Shown: positions 1 through 10,677, numbered from the stretch's first letter. The stretch is DNA of 64,000 bases from an uncultured archaeon (GCA_964486045.1 CAZALK010000001.1:128001-192000); one strand, 5' to 3'. Program-made: numbers and translations. The notes: generated from the letters alone by a model not told the origin.

Positions 1-426
1 ATTATTTGAATCTTCAATACAGTTATCTAAATCAATTTTAAAAAACTCCCCAATAGAAGGGAATTCATCCAAATCAATTTGGTCTATAGGTTTAATATTC
101 TCATGGAATGCATCGTTTGGGCAAATAACGGCACATAACATACAGTAGCAGCATTTCTCATGATCTATCAAGATTTGTGGGTTACTATCGTCCAGGATTC
201 CTTGAGCTATATCCGAAATGGGACCAAGTTCTATAGCATCAACAGGGCAAACTATTTTGCATAAAGAACACCCTACACATTTTTTAATATCATAAGTTAG
301 CTTTTTATCAATATTTTGAAACTTCCATTTAAGTATCAATTGATCTGGTGTAATATCTATAACTTTTTTAATCTCTTCCTCTTCCAAGTTTTCTTTATCT
401 TGTATATTCTTAGAAATCTCGACCAC
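1..426 (-). CDS. Polyferredoxin / multi-[4Fe-4S] protein (FwdF-like), 5' part only, runs off the window edge
   Basis: Manual translation from GTG at 426: ...CVGCSLCKIVCPVDAI...CCYCMLCAVICPNDAF..., two CxxCxxCxxxCP motifs; frame stays open to position 1; absent from the ORF track. Confidence 0.8.
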   Translation of the reverse strand, partial: MVEISKNIQDKENLEEEEIKKVIDITPDQLILKWKFQNIDKKLTYDIKKCVGCSLCKIVCPVDAIELGPISDIAQGILDDSNPQILIDHEKCCYCMLCAVICPNDAFHENIKPIDQIDLDEFPSIGEFFKIDLDNCIEDSNN

Positions 427-704
427 TCGATAAACTTTCTGAAAATCCAATAATTTAAGCTACAATTTAAAAGATTGTTCTCTAATTTTATTTAAAGAAA
501 AAGGAAAAAAAAATCTTTCGATAATATTCTACAATTTTCTGCTTGAATTCGATAACAGAAATTATATTTTGATCTTTATGACAAAAAAGTTAAGCATAAA
601 TATTATAATTATTGCTATTTTCTTTAATGATCAAAACAAAAAAAATATGGATTATGTCCTATTTTTAATTATTTTGTCATTGAAAATATAAACAGGGATA
701 TTTC

Positions 705-2231
705 TTGATTGATAAATTTAAAAATTTAAAACTTGACCGCCAATGGTATTCCACGACCCTAAAGAGTATTGGTGATGGGGTAATAGCAACCGATAAGGAT
801 GGTAGAATATTATTCCTTAATTCGGTAGCAGAGACCATAACAGGTTGGGCTTTTGAAGAATCAACCGGTTTAGATTTAGAAAAAGTTTTCAATGTTATGA
901 ACGAAGAGACTAGTGAAAGAGTTGATAACCCTGTGGAAAAAGTTATTGCAACTGGAAATGTTGTTGGTCTATCAAATCACACAATATTAATAAATAAAGA
1001 AGGAAAAGAAATTCCCATTGATGATAGTGGTGCTCCTATAAGGAATGAAAAGGGTGAAATAATCGGTGTGGTACTTGTTTTTAGAGATATTTCTGAAAGA
1101 AAACGATCACGGGAAAAATTAAGACGAATAGAAGAGGATTTTCAGAAACTGTTTAACAGTATGGTTACTGGTTTTGCTCATCATAAAGTTGTCTTTGACG
1201 ATAAAGGAAAGCCCATAGATTATATTTTCTTGGAAATAAATCCGATGTTCGAGAAATTAACCGGGTTAAAAAAAGAAGATATCATTGGAAAAACCGTTAC
1301 TGAGGCGCTTCCTGGAATAGAAAATTCAGAATTCGATTGGATCAATTTTTATGGGGAAGTTTCACTTACTGGGGAAAAAAAAGAATTTGAACAATTTGCA
1401 GAACCCTTAAATAAATGGTATTCTGTTGAAGTTTACAGCACTAAAACGGGCTATTTCACTACTATTTTTTCAGATATAACCAGAATTAAACAAACAGAAC
1501 AAAAATTGAAAAGTTCAGAAACAAAGTATCGAGAAGCTTATAATCGAGCTCAATTTTATAAAGATCTTTTTGCTCATGATATAAATAACATTTTACAGAA
1601 TGTTCAATCTTCTACTGACACGTTAATGCTAGCCAGAAAAACTGGAGAAGAAAAAGAAATTTCAAATGAGATGCTAAAAACCATTAAAACTCAAGTTAGT
1701 AGAGGTGCAAAATTAGTATCTAATGTCAGAAAACTCTCTGATATTGAAGATACTGAATTTCATTTAAAGCTAGTTGATTCAATTACCTTTTTAAAAAATG
1801 CAATAAACTTCGTAAATGAAAGTTATAAAGAAAAGAACCTTACTATTGAACATGAATCCGAAAATAATGAATATAATGTAAAAGCAAATGATCTTATATT
1901 AGACGTATTTGAAAATATATTAATAAATGCAATAAAACATAATAGAAAGCAAAATATCGAAATAATTATAAAAATCTCTAAAGAGAAAAAAGACGAAGAC
2001 CATTTTGTTAAATTCGAGTTCATAGATAATGGTATAGGTATACAAGATGAAAGGAAACAAATGATATTTCAAAGATCTAAGAGAACTAGTGTTACTGGAA
2101 TGGGATTGGGCCTATCTCTAGTAAATCACATCATAATGAAATACAAAGGGCAGATTTGGGTTGAAAATAAAGTTAAAGATGATTACTCTAAAGGTTCCAA
2201 TTTTATTTTATTAATACCTGAGGTGAAATAA
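705..2231 (+). CDS. PAS-PAS sensor histidine kinase
   Basis: Two PAS domains (SIGDGVIATD..., FNSMVTGFA...), H-box AHDINNILQ, N-box NILINAIKH, DNGIGI and GMGLGL. Confidence 0.93.
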   Translation: MIDKFKNLKLDRQWYSTTLKSIGDGVIATDKDGRILFLNSVAETITGWAFEESTGLDLEKVFNVMNEETSERVDNPVEKVIATGNVVGLSNHTILINKEGKEIPIDDSGAPIRNEKGEIIGVVLVFRDISERKRSREKLRRIEEDFQKLFNSMVTGFAHHKVVFDDKGKPIDYIFLEINPMFEKLTGLKKEDIIGKTVTEALPGIENSEFDWINFYGEVSLTGEKKEFEQFAEPLNKWYSVEVYSTKTGYFTTIFSDITRIKQTEQKLKSSETKYREAYNRAQFYKDLFAHDINNILQNVQSSTDTLMLARKTGEEKEISNEMLKTIKTQVSRGAKLVSNVRKLSDIEDTEFHLKLVDSITFLKNAINFVNESYKEKNLTIEHESENNEYNVKANDLILDVFENILINAIKHNRKQNIEIIIKISKEKKDEDHFVKFEFIDNGIGIQDERKQMIFQRSKRTSVTGMGLGLSLVNHIIMKYKGQIWVENKVKDDYSKGSNFILLIPEVK

Positions 2232-2232
2232 G

Positions 2233-2601
2233 TTAAAAACGATTTTTATTGCTGAGGATGATAGAGATCTTCAAAGGTTATATGAACTACTCTTAAAAAT
2301 GTCGGGATTCCAAGTATTAGGGATTGCGAATAATGGAGATGAGGCAATAAAAATGTTTAAATCATTTCAAAAAAAACCGGATATCATAATCTTAGATTAT
2401 AGAATGCCGATTAAAAATGGGATTGATGCTCTGAATGAAATCTTAGAAATTGATAATAGCTCAAAAATTATATTTGCAAGCGCTGATAGAACTATAAAAG
2501 AGGAAGTGTATCTTCAAGGAGCAATGGGATTTTTAGATAAACCATTTACGCACAAGAAATTGATGACTGTATTAAAAAGTATTCTAAATGACTCACCCTA
2601 A
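2233..2601 (+). CDS. Stand-alone response regulator receiver (CheY-like); true start lies upstream of the ATG at 2299
   Basis: In-frame upstream sequence gives LKTIFIAEDDRDLQRLYELLLK (beta1 plus acidic pocket), then DYRMP, FASA and KPF; GAGGTGA at 2220-2226; in-frame TGA at 2224. Confidence 0.9.
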   Translation, partial: LKTIFIAEDDRDLQRLYELLLKMSGFQVLGIANNGDEAIKMFKSFQKKPDIIILDYRMPIKNGIDALNEILEIDNSSKIIFASADRTIKEEVYLQGAMGFLDKPFTHKKLMTVLKSILNDSP

Positions 2602-2649
2602 AATAATATACAATTTGATACTTACCCCGAGATTACTATTTAAAACGGA

Positions 2650-3150
2650 TTATGAATAATAATCATAGCTTCCTCTATCGAAATCATAGATATACTCAAT
2701 AGGGATCCCATCTCGTTGGAGATCAGGAGGAGCATAAATTAACTGTAAATTAGGAAAGTAAGCACCAATACCCTTCTTTGCAAGTACAATAGCTGGATGG
2801 TCGGCTTCTTTAAATATCGCTTCACTTACTCTCAAGGTGATAGAGCGACATTGCATTTCATTTAGGGCTCCTAGGGCATGAATATATTCATGTAAAAGGA
2901 TGTGATATGTATAAGCCCAAAGAATTTCATAAGGTTGTTCTCTAAGGAGTATCTTTAAGGGCGTTTTATTCATGACAATGTCCGTTCCTGGAGAAAAATG
3001 CATTCCTCCAATAAATCCTCCTTGGTACATCCCCATTTCGACTAGTCCTAAAGTTAATCCCGCTCTTTTTTTACCTGTTATTTTTCGAACATCATTTTTT
3101 ACCTGTTCGAATATTACCGGCATTTTCTTTTTCAGTTCATCGAGTGTTAT
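2650..3150 (-). CDS. Small HEXXH zinc metallopeptidase-like (zincin) protein
   Basis: HILLHEYIHALG motif; first ATG at 3123, with an SD-positioned in-frame ATA at 3150. Confidence 0.75.
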   Translation of the reverse strand: MTLDELKKKMPVIFEQVKNDVRKITGKKRAGLTLGLVEMGMYQGGFIGGMHFSPGTDIVMNKTPLKILLREQPYEILWAYTYHILLHEYIHALGALNEMQCRSITLRVSEAIFKEADHPAIVLAKKGIGAYFPNLQLIYAPPDLQRDGIPIEYIYDFDRGSYDYYS

Positions 3151-3184
3151 TTTGATTACCTCAATAAAATTATAAAACTAATTT

Positions 3185-3973
3185 TTATATATCAAAGAAG
3201 AAAAAGTTATCTTCATCTTCATACATAAAATCCATCAATTTAGATAAATCTCTTAACAAGTAACTTATCGATATTTTATTCTGAGCTCTTCTTATTTTTC
3301 CCATATCTGAGAAAAAAATATCATCTATTAATGTGTCAATATTTATTCTTTTAAAATATTTAGTTGGATTATAAAAGATTGTGTAAAAGATTTCCTTTTC
3401 CAGATTCGGTTGCTCTCTCTTTTTAATATCTTTGTCATATAAATCTCTCATTATATTTTTTAACTCAATTATAAAGCATTCTTTATCACGTAACAGCACA
3501 TTTCTTTCGACTTCCAATTCGCTAATATTTTGTTCAACTTCTCTTATTCTTGCTCCCAAAAATCTAAGCTTCTCATTTGGATTACTGATTTTTTGATAAT
3601 CTACATGACAACTAGTGTCTTTTAGTTTCAAATTTTCTCTGAAGTCATCAATTTTGGAGACGGCATATGTGATGCTATAATAGTCTGGAGTGATGTTAAT
3701 TCTTAAAGAAAGATTACTCTTAATCCTGTATTTAATATTTCTTGGATCTGCACCAAAGCTTTCAATAATATTATAATCAGTAAGTGATTTAAGCTGTGAG
3801 TGAATAGCTTGTCTTGAGATCTTCCTTCCAAATGAAGCAGCTAATTCTGAAGCGCCCAGTGGTACTTTAGCTAATTTAGAGAGAATAATTCTTCTCGTTG
3901 GGTTTCCCAATATCTCAAGTAAATTATCCAAACTAAGAAACAATTTCGTTCCCCTCTGCTCTTCCAATTCCAT
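3185..3973 (-). CDS. ArsR-family winged-HTH regulator with coiled coil (archaeal heat-shock regulator Phr/HSR1-like)
   Basis: LEILGNPTRRIILSKLA...ISRQAIHSQLKSL wHTH followed by a heptad coil; directly downstream of cdc48 and hsp20. Confidence 0.8.
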   Translation of the reverse strand: MELEEQRGTKLFLSLDNLLEILGNPTRRIILSKLAKVPLGASELAASFGRKISRQAIHSQLKSLTDYNIIESFGADPRNIKYRIKSNLSLRINITPDYYSITYAVSKIDDFRENLKLKDTSCHVDYQKISNPNEKLRFLGARIREVEQNISELEVERNVLLRDKECFIIELKNIMRDLYDKDIKKREQPNLEKEIFYTIFYNPTKYFKRINIDTLIDDIFFSDMGKIRRAQNKISISYLLRDLSKLMDFMYEDEDNFFFFDI

Positions 3974-4027
3974 TAAGATAACTCCTTATCTTTTTTTCTC
4001 TTAATAATTAAATTAGCATTAAGATTT

Positions 4028-6256
4028 TTAACGATATAACCCTTCTGAGGGTTGTTCTTTTGAATAACTTTCATGTGATACTCGTGCTTTCTCAGCAGAC
4101 TTTAAAACTTTTTTAATCGCATCCTCAAATTCAGCTTTTGAAACTTTTACTTTTTTTACCGACATAGCATCTTGTGTATTGATATCTGTATTCAATACTG
4201 CCTTGCGAATAGTTAAAAGTGTGGCTTCTTCACATATTGCTTTAATATCTGCTCCAGTATAGCCTTTTAATTCTTGTGCCATCTGATTATAATCTACATT
4301 GGATGCTAAAGGTTTATTCCTAAGGTGAATTTTGAATATCTCTTCTCGTGCTTCTTTATTTGGCATTGGTATCTCTACATGCCTTCCAAATCTTCCTGAA
4401 CGTAATAAAGCCGGATCAAGCATATCTGGCCTATTAGTTGCTGCTAGTAAAATGACATCTTTCAATCCTTCCAGGCCATCCATTTCAGTAAGTAGTTGAG
4501 AAACGACTTGTTCAGTTACCTGAGAACCTGCAAAACGTCCTCTCATTCCCGCAATTGCGTCTATCTCATCAAAGAATATGATGCAAGGGGATGCAGCTCT
4601 AGCTTTACGAAATGTTTCTCTTACTGCTTTTTCGCTTTCACCAACCCATTTAGATAGGAATTCTGGTCCTTTTACAGATATAAAATTAATCTCAGTTTCA
4701 TGAGCTAGAGCTTTTGCTAATAAAGTTTTTCCGCTTCCAGGAGGGCCGAAAAGTAATATTCCATTTGGAGGTCGCGAATTTAAATGATTATAGAGCTCAG
4801 GATACTTTAATGGCCATTCAATTACTTCTCTTAGTTGTTGGATTGCGTCACTTAAACCACCAATGTCATCCCAAGTCTCAGATGGTTGAGTAATTAAAAC
4901 TTCTCTTAAAGCCGAAGGTTCAATACCATTCAACGCCGTTTCAAAATTCTTCATAATAATTTGAAGATCCATAAGAATTTCAGGGGGAATTGGTTTGTCC
5001 AAGTTAATATTTGGTAATATTTTTCGTATTGCGAGCATAGCTGCTTCCTTTGCCAGTGATTCAACATCCGCTCCGACAAATCCGTGTGTTTTTTCAGCCA
5101 TAAGACGTAAATCAACATCATCATGTAAAGGCATACCACGAGTATGAATTAGTAGGATATCATACCTACCATCTGTATCAGGAACTCCAATCTCAATTTC
5201 TCTATCAAATCTACCAGGACGCCGAAGTGCTGGATCAATATCATTAACTCGATTTGTCGCACCAATTACAATAATTTCGCCTCTACCTTCTAAACCATCT
5301 AATAATGAAAGCAATTGAGCCACTACTCTTCTTTCTACCTCACCTGTAACCTCTCCTCGTTTAGGAGCAATTGAATCTAGTTCATCGATAAAGATAATTG
5401 AAGGAGACATATCTTTTGCCTCTTCGAATACTTTTCTTAAATTTTCTTCACTTTGACCATAAAATTTGCTCATAATTTCAGGTCCACTTATCGTGATAAA
5501 ATGTGCCTCAGTTTCATAGGCAACAGCTCTAGCGAGTAATGTTTTGCCAGTACCAGGAGGACCATGGAGTAAAACACCTTTGGGGGGATCAATACCTATT
5601 CGTTTAAAAAGTTCAGGATGCCGAATGGGTAATTCAATCATTTCTCGAATTTTCTGAATTTCCTCTTCCAACCCACCAATATCTTCATATGTAACCCTTC
5701 TATTTTCTAACTCTTCTATTTCTTTATGAGATTTCTCAGATATTGTAATTTTTGTCTCTAAATGAATTCTTACAGCATCGGCTCGAGGAGCGTAATCAAT
5801 AACGATAAAATCAATCCTTCTACCCATCGCATTAAAACTCAGAATATCACCCTTAGTAATAACACGATTTTCTAACATCCTCACTAAACGATTTGGATCC
5901 CGTATTATTACCGACTCTTCTACTCCCGCAAAAGTTATTCTGTCGGCTAAACTTGCCTCAATCTTACGAATTTCTACAATATCATCTAAAGACGCATTTA
6001 AATTACGTCGCAATGAAGAGTCTATTCTTACGACATTCCTTCCTTTATCTTCATCCTTTCCTGGATATAACAATGCTGCAGTCTTTTTCCCAGATACAGC
6101 ACTAACAATTTCAATTACATCTCCAGTTTTAAGATTCATCTCTTTTATTACAAGAGGATCAATTCTTATTCGACCTCTTCCTGCATCTCCCTTATATGCA
6201 TCCTTGATTCTTACTTTTTTCTCTCTTCCCTTATATTCACTGGATATCCCACTCAT
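4028..6256 (-). CDS. cdc48: CDC48/VCP (VAT) AAA+ ATPase
   Basis: N-domain [10 protein letters not shown], two AAA modules ([28 protein letters not shown]), SRH motifs, C-terminal HbYX (LYR). Confidence 0.97.
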   Translation of the reverse strand: MSGISSEYKGREKKVRIKDAYKGDAGRGRIRIDPLVIKEMNLKTGDVIEIVSAVSGKKTAALLYPGKDEDKGRNVVRIDSSLRRNLNASLDDIVEIRKIEASLADRITFAGVEESVIIRDPNRLVRMLENRVITKGDILSFNAMGRRIDFIVIDYAPRADAVRIHLETKITISEKSHKEIEELENRRVTYEDIGGLEEEIQKIREMIELPIRHPELFKRIGIDPPKGVLLHGPPGTGKTLLARAVAYETEAHFITISGPEIMSKFYGQSEENLRKVFEEAKDMSPSIIFIDELDSIAPKRGEVTGEVERRVVAQLLSLLDGLEGRGEIIVIGATNRVNDIDPALRRPGRFDREIEIGVPDTDGRYDILLIHTRGMPLHDDVDLRLMAEKTHGFVGADVESLAKEAAMLAIRKILPNINLDKPIPPEILMDLQIIMKNFETALNGIEPSALREVLITQPSETWDDIGGLSDAIQQLREVIEWPLKYPELYNHLNSRPPNGILLFGPPGSGKTLLAKALAHETEINFISVKGPEFLSKWVGESEKAVRETFRKARAASPCIIFFDEIDAIAGMRGRFAGSQVTEQVVSQLLTEMDGLEGLKDVILLAATNRPDMLDPALLRSGRFGRHVEIPMPNKEAREEIFKIHLRNKPLASNVDYNQMAQELKGYTGADIKAICEEATLLTIRKAVLNTDINTQDAMSVKKVKVSKAEFEDAIKKVLKSAEKARVSHESYSKEQPSEGLYR

Positions 6257-6319
6257 ACTTTCCTACCTCGTTTTTGTTTACTGAAATAATTATTTTTAAT
6301 ATCATTATTTTATTCATTT

Positions 6320-6940
6320 TCAGGTTACTTTACTCACATTTATTATTGTCACGCCATTATTTACTTCTAATTCACAAGTTTCTTCTGAGGTTTGAAAGGG
6401 TAGAGGTATAGTCGTCATATATCTACGCCTATCATTCTCCGCCTTGAAATCTAACTTCCTTCCCCCTTCTCTGAATCTAATTTCTATATCCTCCCTCTCA
6501 ATGCCAGGAATCTCAATTAGAATTTCAATAGAACCTTCACGGTCACATACTTCTGTATATGGTTCTAAAATTGATAAATCATTATGATTGTTTTTTTCTT
6601 CAAATGATTCTAAAGAAAGAGTTTTCGCATCAATTTCTTTTGTAGACTGGGAATCGTAAATTTCTCTTACGTTTGGGAGTTTAGATAAATCTGTATCTTC
6701 CAAATGTTCCCATACTTTTTTACTATCAATATTTCCCTCAATTTTAATTTCTGGTTTTTCCATATCACTCTCAAAATGATATGAGATTTTAAAACCTTTA
6801 ATTTTCTCCCTATTGGGAGCTTTAACTCTTTTAATTTCTGATTCTGGAAGAAATAAAAAATCTATTTCAAACATATCTGAATCTAATTTGAAATATGTTT
6901 TAATTTTATCAATAAAATCATCAAATTCGTCTTGCATCAT
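6320..6940 (-). CDS. hsp20: Small heat-shock protein (Hsp20/alpha-crystallin family)
   Basis: EPYTEV...ILIEIPGIEREDIEI...VNNGVTII alpha-crystallin core; upstream of cdc48. Confidence 0.85.
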   Translation of the reverse strand: MMQDEFDDFIDKIKTYFKLDSDMFEIDFLFLPESEIKRVKAPNREKIKGFKISYHFESDMEKPEIKIEGNIDSKKVWEHLEDTDLSKLPNVREIYDSQSTKEIDAKTLSLESFEEKNNHNDLSILEPYTEVCDREGSIEILIEIPGIEREDIEIRFREGGRKLDFKAENDRRRYMTTIPLPFQTSEETCELEVNNGVTIINVSKVT

Positions 6941-6964
6941 TTACCACGTTAATTTTCAGTATTA

Positions 6965-7002
6965 ATGTCAATTTTTAATTGTCAACAATTAATATTTTAC
7001 AT
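6965..7002. promoter_or_regulatory. 38-bp imperfect palindrome upstream of hsp20; candidate repressor operator
   Basis: ATGTCAATTTTTAATTGT-CA-ACAATTAATATTTTACAT, 15 of 18 arm positions pair; perfect core TTAATTGT-CA-ACAATTAA. Confidence 0.55.
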
Positions 7003-7070
7003 CTAGAATATGATCTAGGATCTATAAAAACTTAACGTTTCTGAAAAATAAGGGAGAAAAGCCTGAGAGC

Positions 7071-9035
7071 CTAGTTTGATGGTAAACAGTATTGCTTTTT
7101 TAATAATTTATTTATTTCATTTTCATCAACGTTGAATAGTTCAAAGAATAACTTATCAATTGAATTTTGTATAATATTATTATCACAGTATAATAATGCA
7201 TTCATATTTTTTAGGGTTAATTGGTCATTTTTTAAGGGGAAAAAATTATTTGAAATCAGTTTTTGGTAAGTTTCTTTTCCTTCAATTTTCGAATATTTAT
7301 CGTCAGTGGTATTAATAAGTAAAGTAGTAAGTTTTTTGATTAAATTTATAATAGCAAATTTTTCAAAAGATTGGAAATATTTAAGGCAGGGGATCGGTAA
7401 TCCATGCTCAAGTTTTGTTTTACTTCTTTTTATATTGATGTTTTTAGCTTTAAATAAAAAGGAAACAAGTTTAGAGTTCAGATAAGCAAGTGTAAATAAG
7501 TAATCTATTTTGTTATTTGTTAACGGCCAAAGGAAATAAGTATCTGAAGTAGCATAATAAGGATCACATGAATAACCGAAGACATTTTCTCTCGAAATGA
7601 ATTTAAAAAAGATTTTTTGTTTGTTTTCGTAAAAAGGTTCGAGATCTACTAGCCTATCTTTTCCATTTTCATCTATTCTTCGGATGAAAGAACCTCTTCT
7701 GGGATAATAAAAGTCTTCAGGATTTTCCTTAGCATTAACTAAGATCTTTCGTAAACTTATTTCAAATTGCTTGAGATATTTAGTGAGAGCTGGATATTTC
7801 AGCTCAAGTAATTTGTTTCTCTCAGATAATGTTTGCTGATTGAATTCACGTTTATTGAAATATAATAAATATCCAATAGAATTTTCAGTATTATAGCCAT
7901 AGGGTTTAATAGATTTACTTTTAAATAACTTTTTAAGTCGGTTCTTTTCTATTTCATTTAGTTTCAAGTATTTTCCGTTGACTTGCACATAATAATTGTT
8001 ATTTTGAATTTTTAGTTCTTACCCTTCTTTTAAGATAAAGATACTGTCACTTATCAAAATTAGACCATTACGTATAATGAAATAATCTTGGATTTTTAAT
8101 ATGGATCCATTGTTTTCACAGTAAAACTCAATTTTATCGACAATCTCTTTTATTTTCTGAGTGTAAATTAGGTTCCAATTACCTGTTGGAGATAAATCAT
8201 TATTAGTTAGAGCAGAATTATATTTTCTTACATATTTCGAATTTGGATTCACAATTAAATCTCTGAAAAACCGTTTTTTCAATCCTTCCTCAATAAGTTG
8301 AGATTCACTACTTCTTAAGGTTTGGATGATTTGAATTTTCTTATTTTTTTTTCTTATTTTTTCTTGCTCTGTCTTTTTTTGTAATACGAAAATACAATTA
8401 TGTTGTCCCTTTGCTCCTTCAAATATATTTAAACTTGATAGATCTATATATTGAATTAAATAACATTCATCTAGGATATGTGGTTTTAATAATTTTATAC
8501 CTGTTTTTTGAGATTTAGTAACCCAATAATTTGTCGTAATATACGAGAGAAGTCCTCCCGGTTTTAATTTTTCTATTCCTAAATGAATGAAGAAGTAGAA
8601 CAAATCCATATTCCCTATGAAAAATTTGGCGCAAATGGGATAATTTTTTATGTATTCTTGGAAAATTTCAGCATTGTAGTTTTGACCCAGATAGGGGGGA
8701 TTCCCAATTATGAGATCAAATTTCTCTGAAATATTAGAACTTAAAAAATTATCAAATCTAAATTTTATTTTCGGAAAAGAATCAGTTAGAATTTTTTTCA
8801 GAGATAAATCCATCTCATATGCATATATATTTGAAAATGAGTTATTTTTCAGATGTTTTAAAAATATACCTTCCCCTGCCGATGGTTCTAAAACCTTAAA
8901 ATTTCGAGAAATTTTGTTATTATTTTTCTGAATAAAATTTACACAGTTTTTCACCATAAATTCTGCAATATAATCGGGTGTAAAAATTTGTCCGATAGTG
9001 TGATTTCTGTTGATATCAATCTTTTTTGAAACCAT
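7071..9035 (-). pseudogene. N6-adenine DNA methyltransferase (TaqI/Eco57I-like) with target-recognition domain, interrupted by one in-frame TAA at 8019-8021
   Basis: GQIFTP, LEPSAGEGIF and IGNPPY motifs; ORFs 8019..9035 and 7071..7988 share a frame: FILKEG*ELKIQNNNYYVQVNG; LAYLNSKL TRD motif. Confidence 0.85.
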
Positions 9036-9153
9036 ATGATCTTAATATTAATTTAAAAATCTATAAAATTGGTGGTTTAAATTATTTTTCATAACTTGAA
9101 ATATCCTATTTATTAGGGATTTAAAAAAAGAAAGCATTGTGAAGCTATTTCAC

Positions 9154-10677
9154 TTAGCTATGGTGATGTTCTTGATGCTCCATCTTAATATTGATAGGTT
9201 TTAAATTCCCAATTGCCCAACCGGGAACTTCATTAAGAGAAGGATGGATAACCATAGAATTATAGATAGGCATAAAAGATCCTGCTTCTGGACATGCCAT
9301 TTCTAATCTCGGGAAATTACGATCACTTTGAGGTTCTGGTGATGAGCATGTGAATCCAGAATTCATTAAATATGCGAATGGTTGAACTAAAATCGCAGCA
9401 TTAGGGCCAACTATATGAGCCCCTAGTATTCTATAAGTTTTATCAACAATTAATTTTGCAAATCCATCATCTTCATCATTACTGGTAAATCCCATCGCAA
9501 AACCCTTGGCAACGCTTGAGTAATTCTTTTTTGCTACAAATATTTCATGTCCTTTTTCTATTGCTTCTGATTGAGTCATACCTACGTGTCCTATTTGGGG
9601 ATAAGTAAAGATCGCCCAGGGTACAGCAGAATAATCTACGGACTTCTTTTGGTCTTCTGGTCCGAAAATATTATTAGTGCAGATTTCTGCTTCATAGTTA
9701 GCTTTATGTCGAAATTGATAGCGCCCATTGGCGTCACCAAAACACCAGATATTTTTTGTACTTGTTTCTAAGTATTGATTAGTTTTAATCCATCCTCTTT
9801 CATCAGTATCAACACCAGTCTTTTTCACATTCAATATATCTGCATTTGAGCGTCGTCCAGCAGCAATTAGTATTTCCTCGGCTGAAACTTCAATTTCTTT
9901 CCCATTATTCATATTTTGGGCAATTATAATTTTATTCTTTTTCTTACCCATTGCTTTAATCGCTTTGTGGTTTACATAAACAGTCATGTGCTTCTTGAAA
10001 TTCTGCTCTAAAAATTTACTAATCTCAGGTTCTTCGGTTGTTATTAAACGTGGAAGCATTTCTACTATAGTTACCTCAGTTCCCATTGCGGAGAATATGT
10101 GAGCGAACTCAGCAGCAATTACTCCTCCACCTATGATTATAAGGCTTTTCCAAGGTTGTTTTGGAAATTTATCACCAAAAAAACTTTTGTTAGTTACATA
10201 ACCAACTTCTTCTAATCCTTCAATTGGGGGTATAATTGACCTAGCTCCAGATGTGATAACAAACTTCTCCCCTTTAAATCTCCCGAGACTTTTCTTTCCG
10301 TCTTGAGACTTTACTTCCATTTCAAGTTCACCAACAAATTCACCAACACCTCTGTACAATTTTAAGTTTGGTAAATGTGATAATCCTTCCTCCATTTGCT
10401 TGCTTTCATCAATTTGTGACCACATTCTTTTGGAAATTAATTCCCAGTCTATTTTTTCAATATTAAAATGAATCCCCACTTTTTTTGCATGTTGAGCCTC
10501 TCGAATTAAATCAGCAGGATGAACCAATACTTTAGAAGGAATACAACCACGTGTTAAGCATGTTCCACCCAATTTCGTATCTTCAATTAAGGCACACTTC
10601 ATTCCGACTTGAAGACCTACATTTAAGACACTTAAACCAGCCCCACTCCCGATTACTACTAAATCATAAGTTTCCAT
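9154..10677 (-). CDS. Pyridine nucleotide-disulfide oxidoreductase class I (dihydrolipoamide dehydrogenase / mycothione reductase-like)
   Basis: GSGAG, GGTCLTRGCIPSK redox disulfide, GGGVIAAE, HPSLNE His-Glu dyad. Confidence 0.9.
   Translation of the reverse strand: METYDLVVIGSGAGLSVLNVGLQVGMKCALIEDTKLGGTCLTRGCIPSKVLVHPADLIREAQHAKKVGIHFNIEKIDWELISKRMWSQIDESKQMEEGLSHLPNLKLYRGVGEFVGELEMEVKSQDGKKSLGRFKGEKFVITSGARSIIPPIEGLEEVGYVTNKSFFGDKFPKQPWKSLIIIGGGVIAAEFAHIFSAMGTEVTIVEMLPRLITTEEPEISKFLEQNFKKHMTVYVNHKAIKAMGKKKNKIIIAQNMNNGKEIEVSAEEILIAAGRRSNADILNVKKTGVDTDERGWIKTNQYLETSTKNIWCFGDANGRYQFRHKANYEAEICTNNIFGPEDQKKSVDYSAVPWAIFTYPQIGHVGMTQSEAIEKGHEIFVAKKNYSSVAKGFAMGFTSNDEDDGFAKLIVDKTYRILGAHIVGPNAAILVQPFAYLMNSGFTCSSPEPQSDRNFPRLEMACPEAGSFMPIYNSMVIHPSLNEVPGWAIGNLKPINIKMEHQEHHHS

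Noticed and set aside
8019-8021. Selenocysteine or pyrrolysine readthrough in the methyltransferase
   Set aside because: The stop is TAA, not TGA or TAG, and the position is not a catalytic site.
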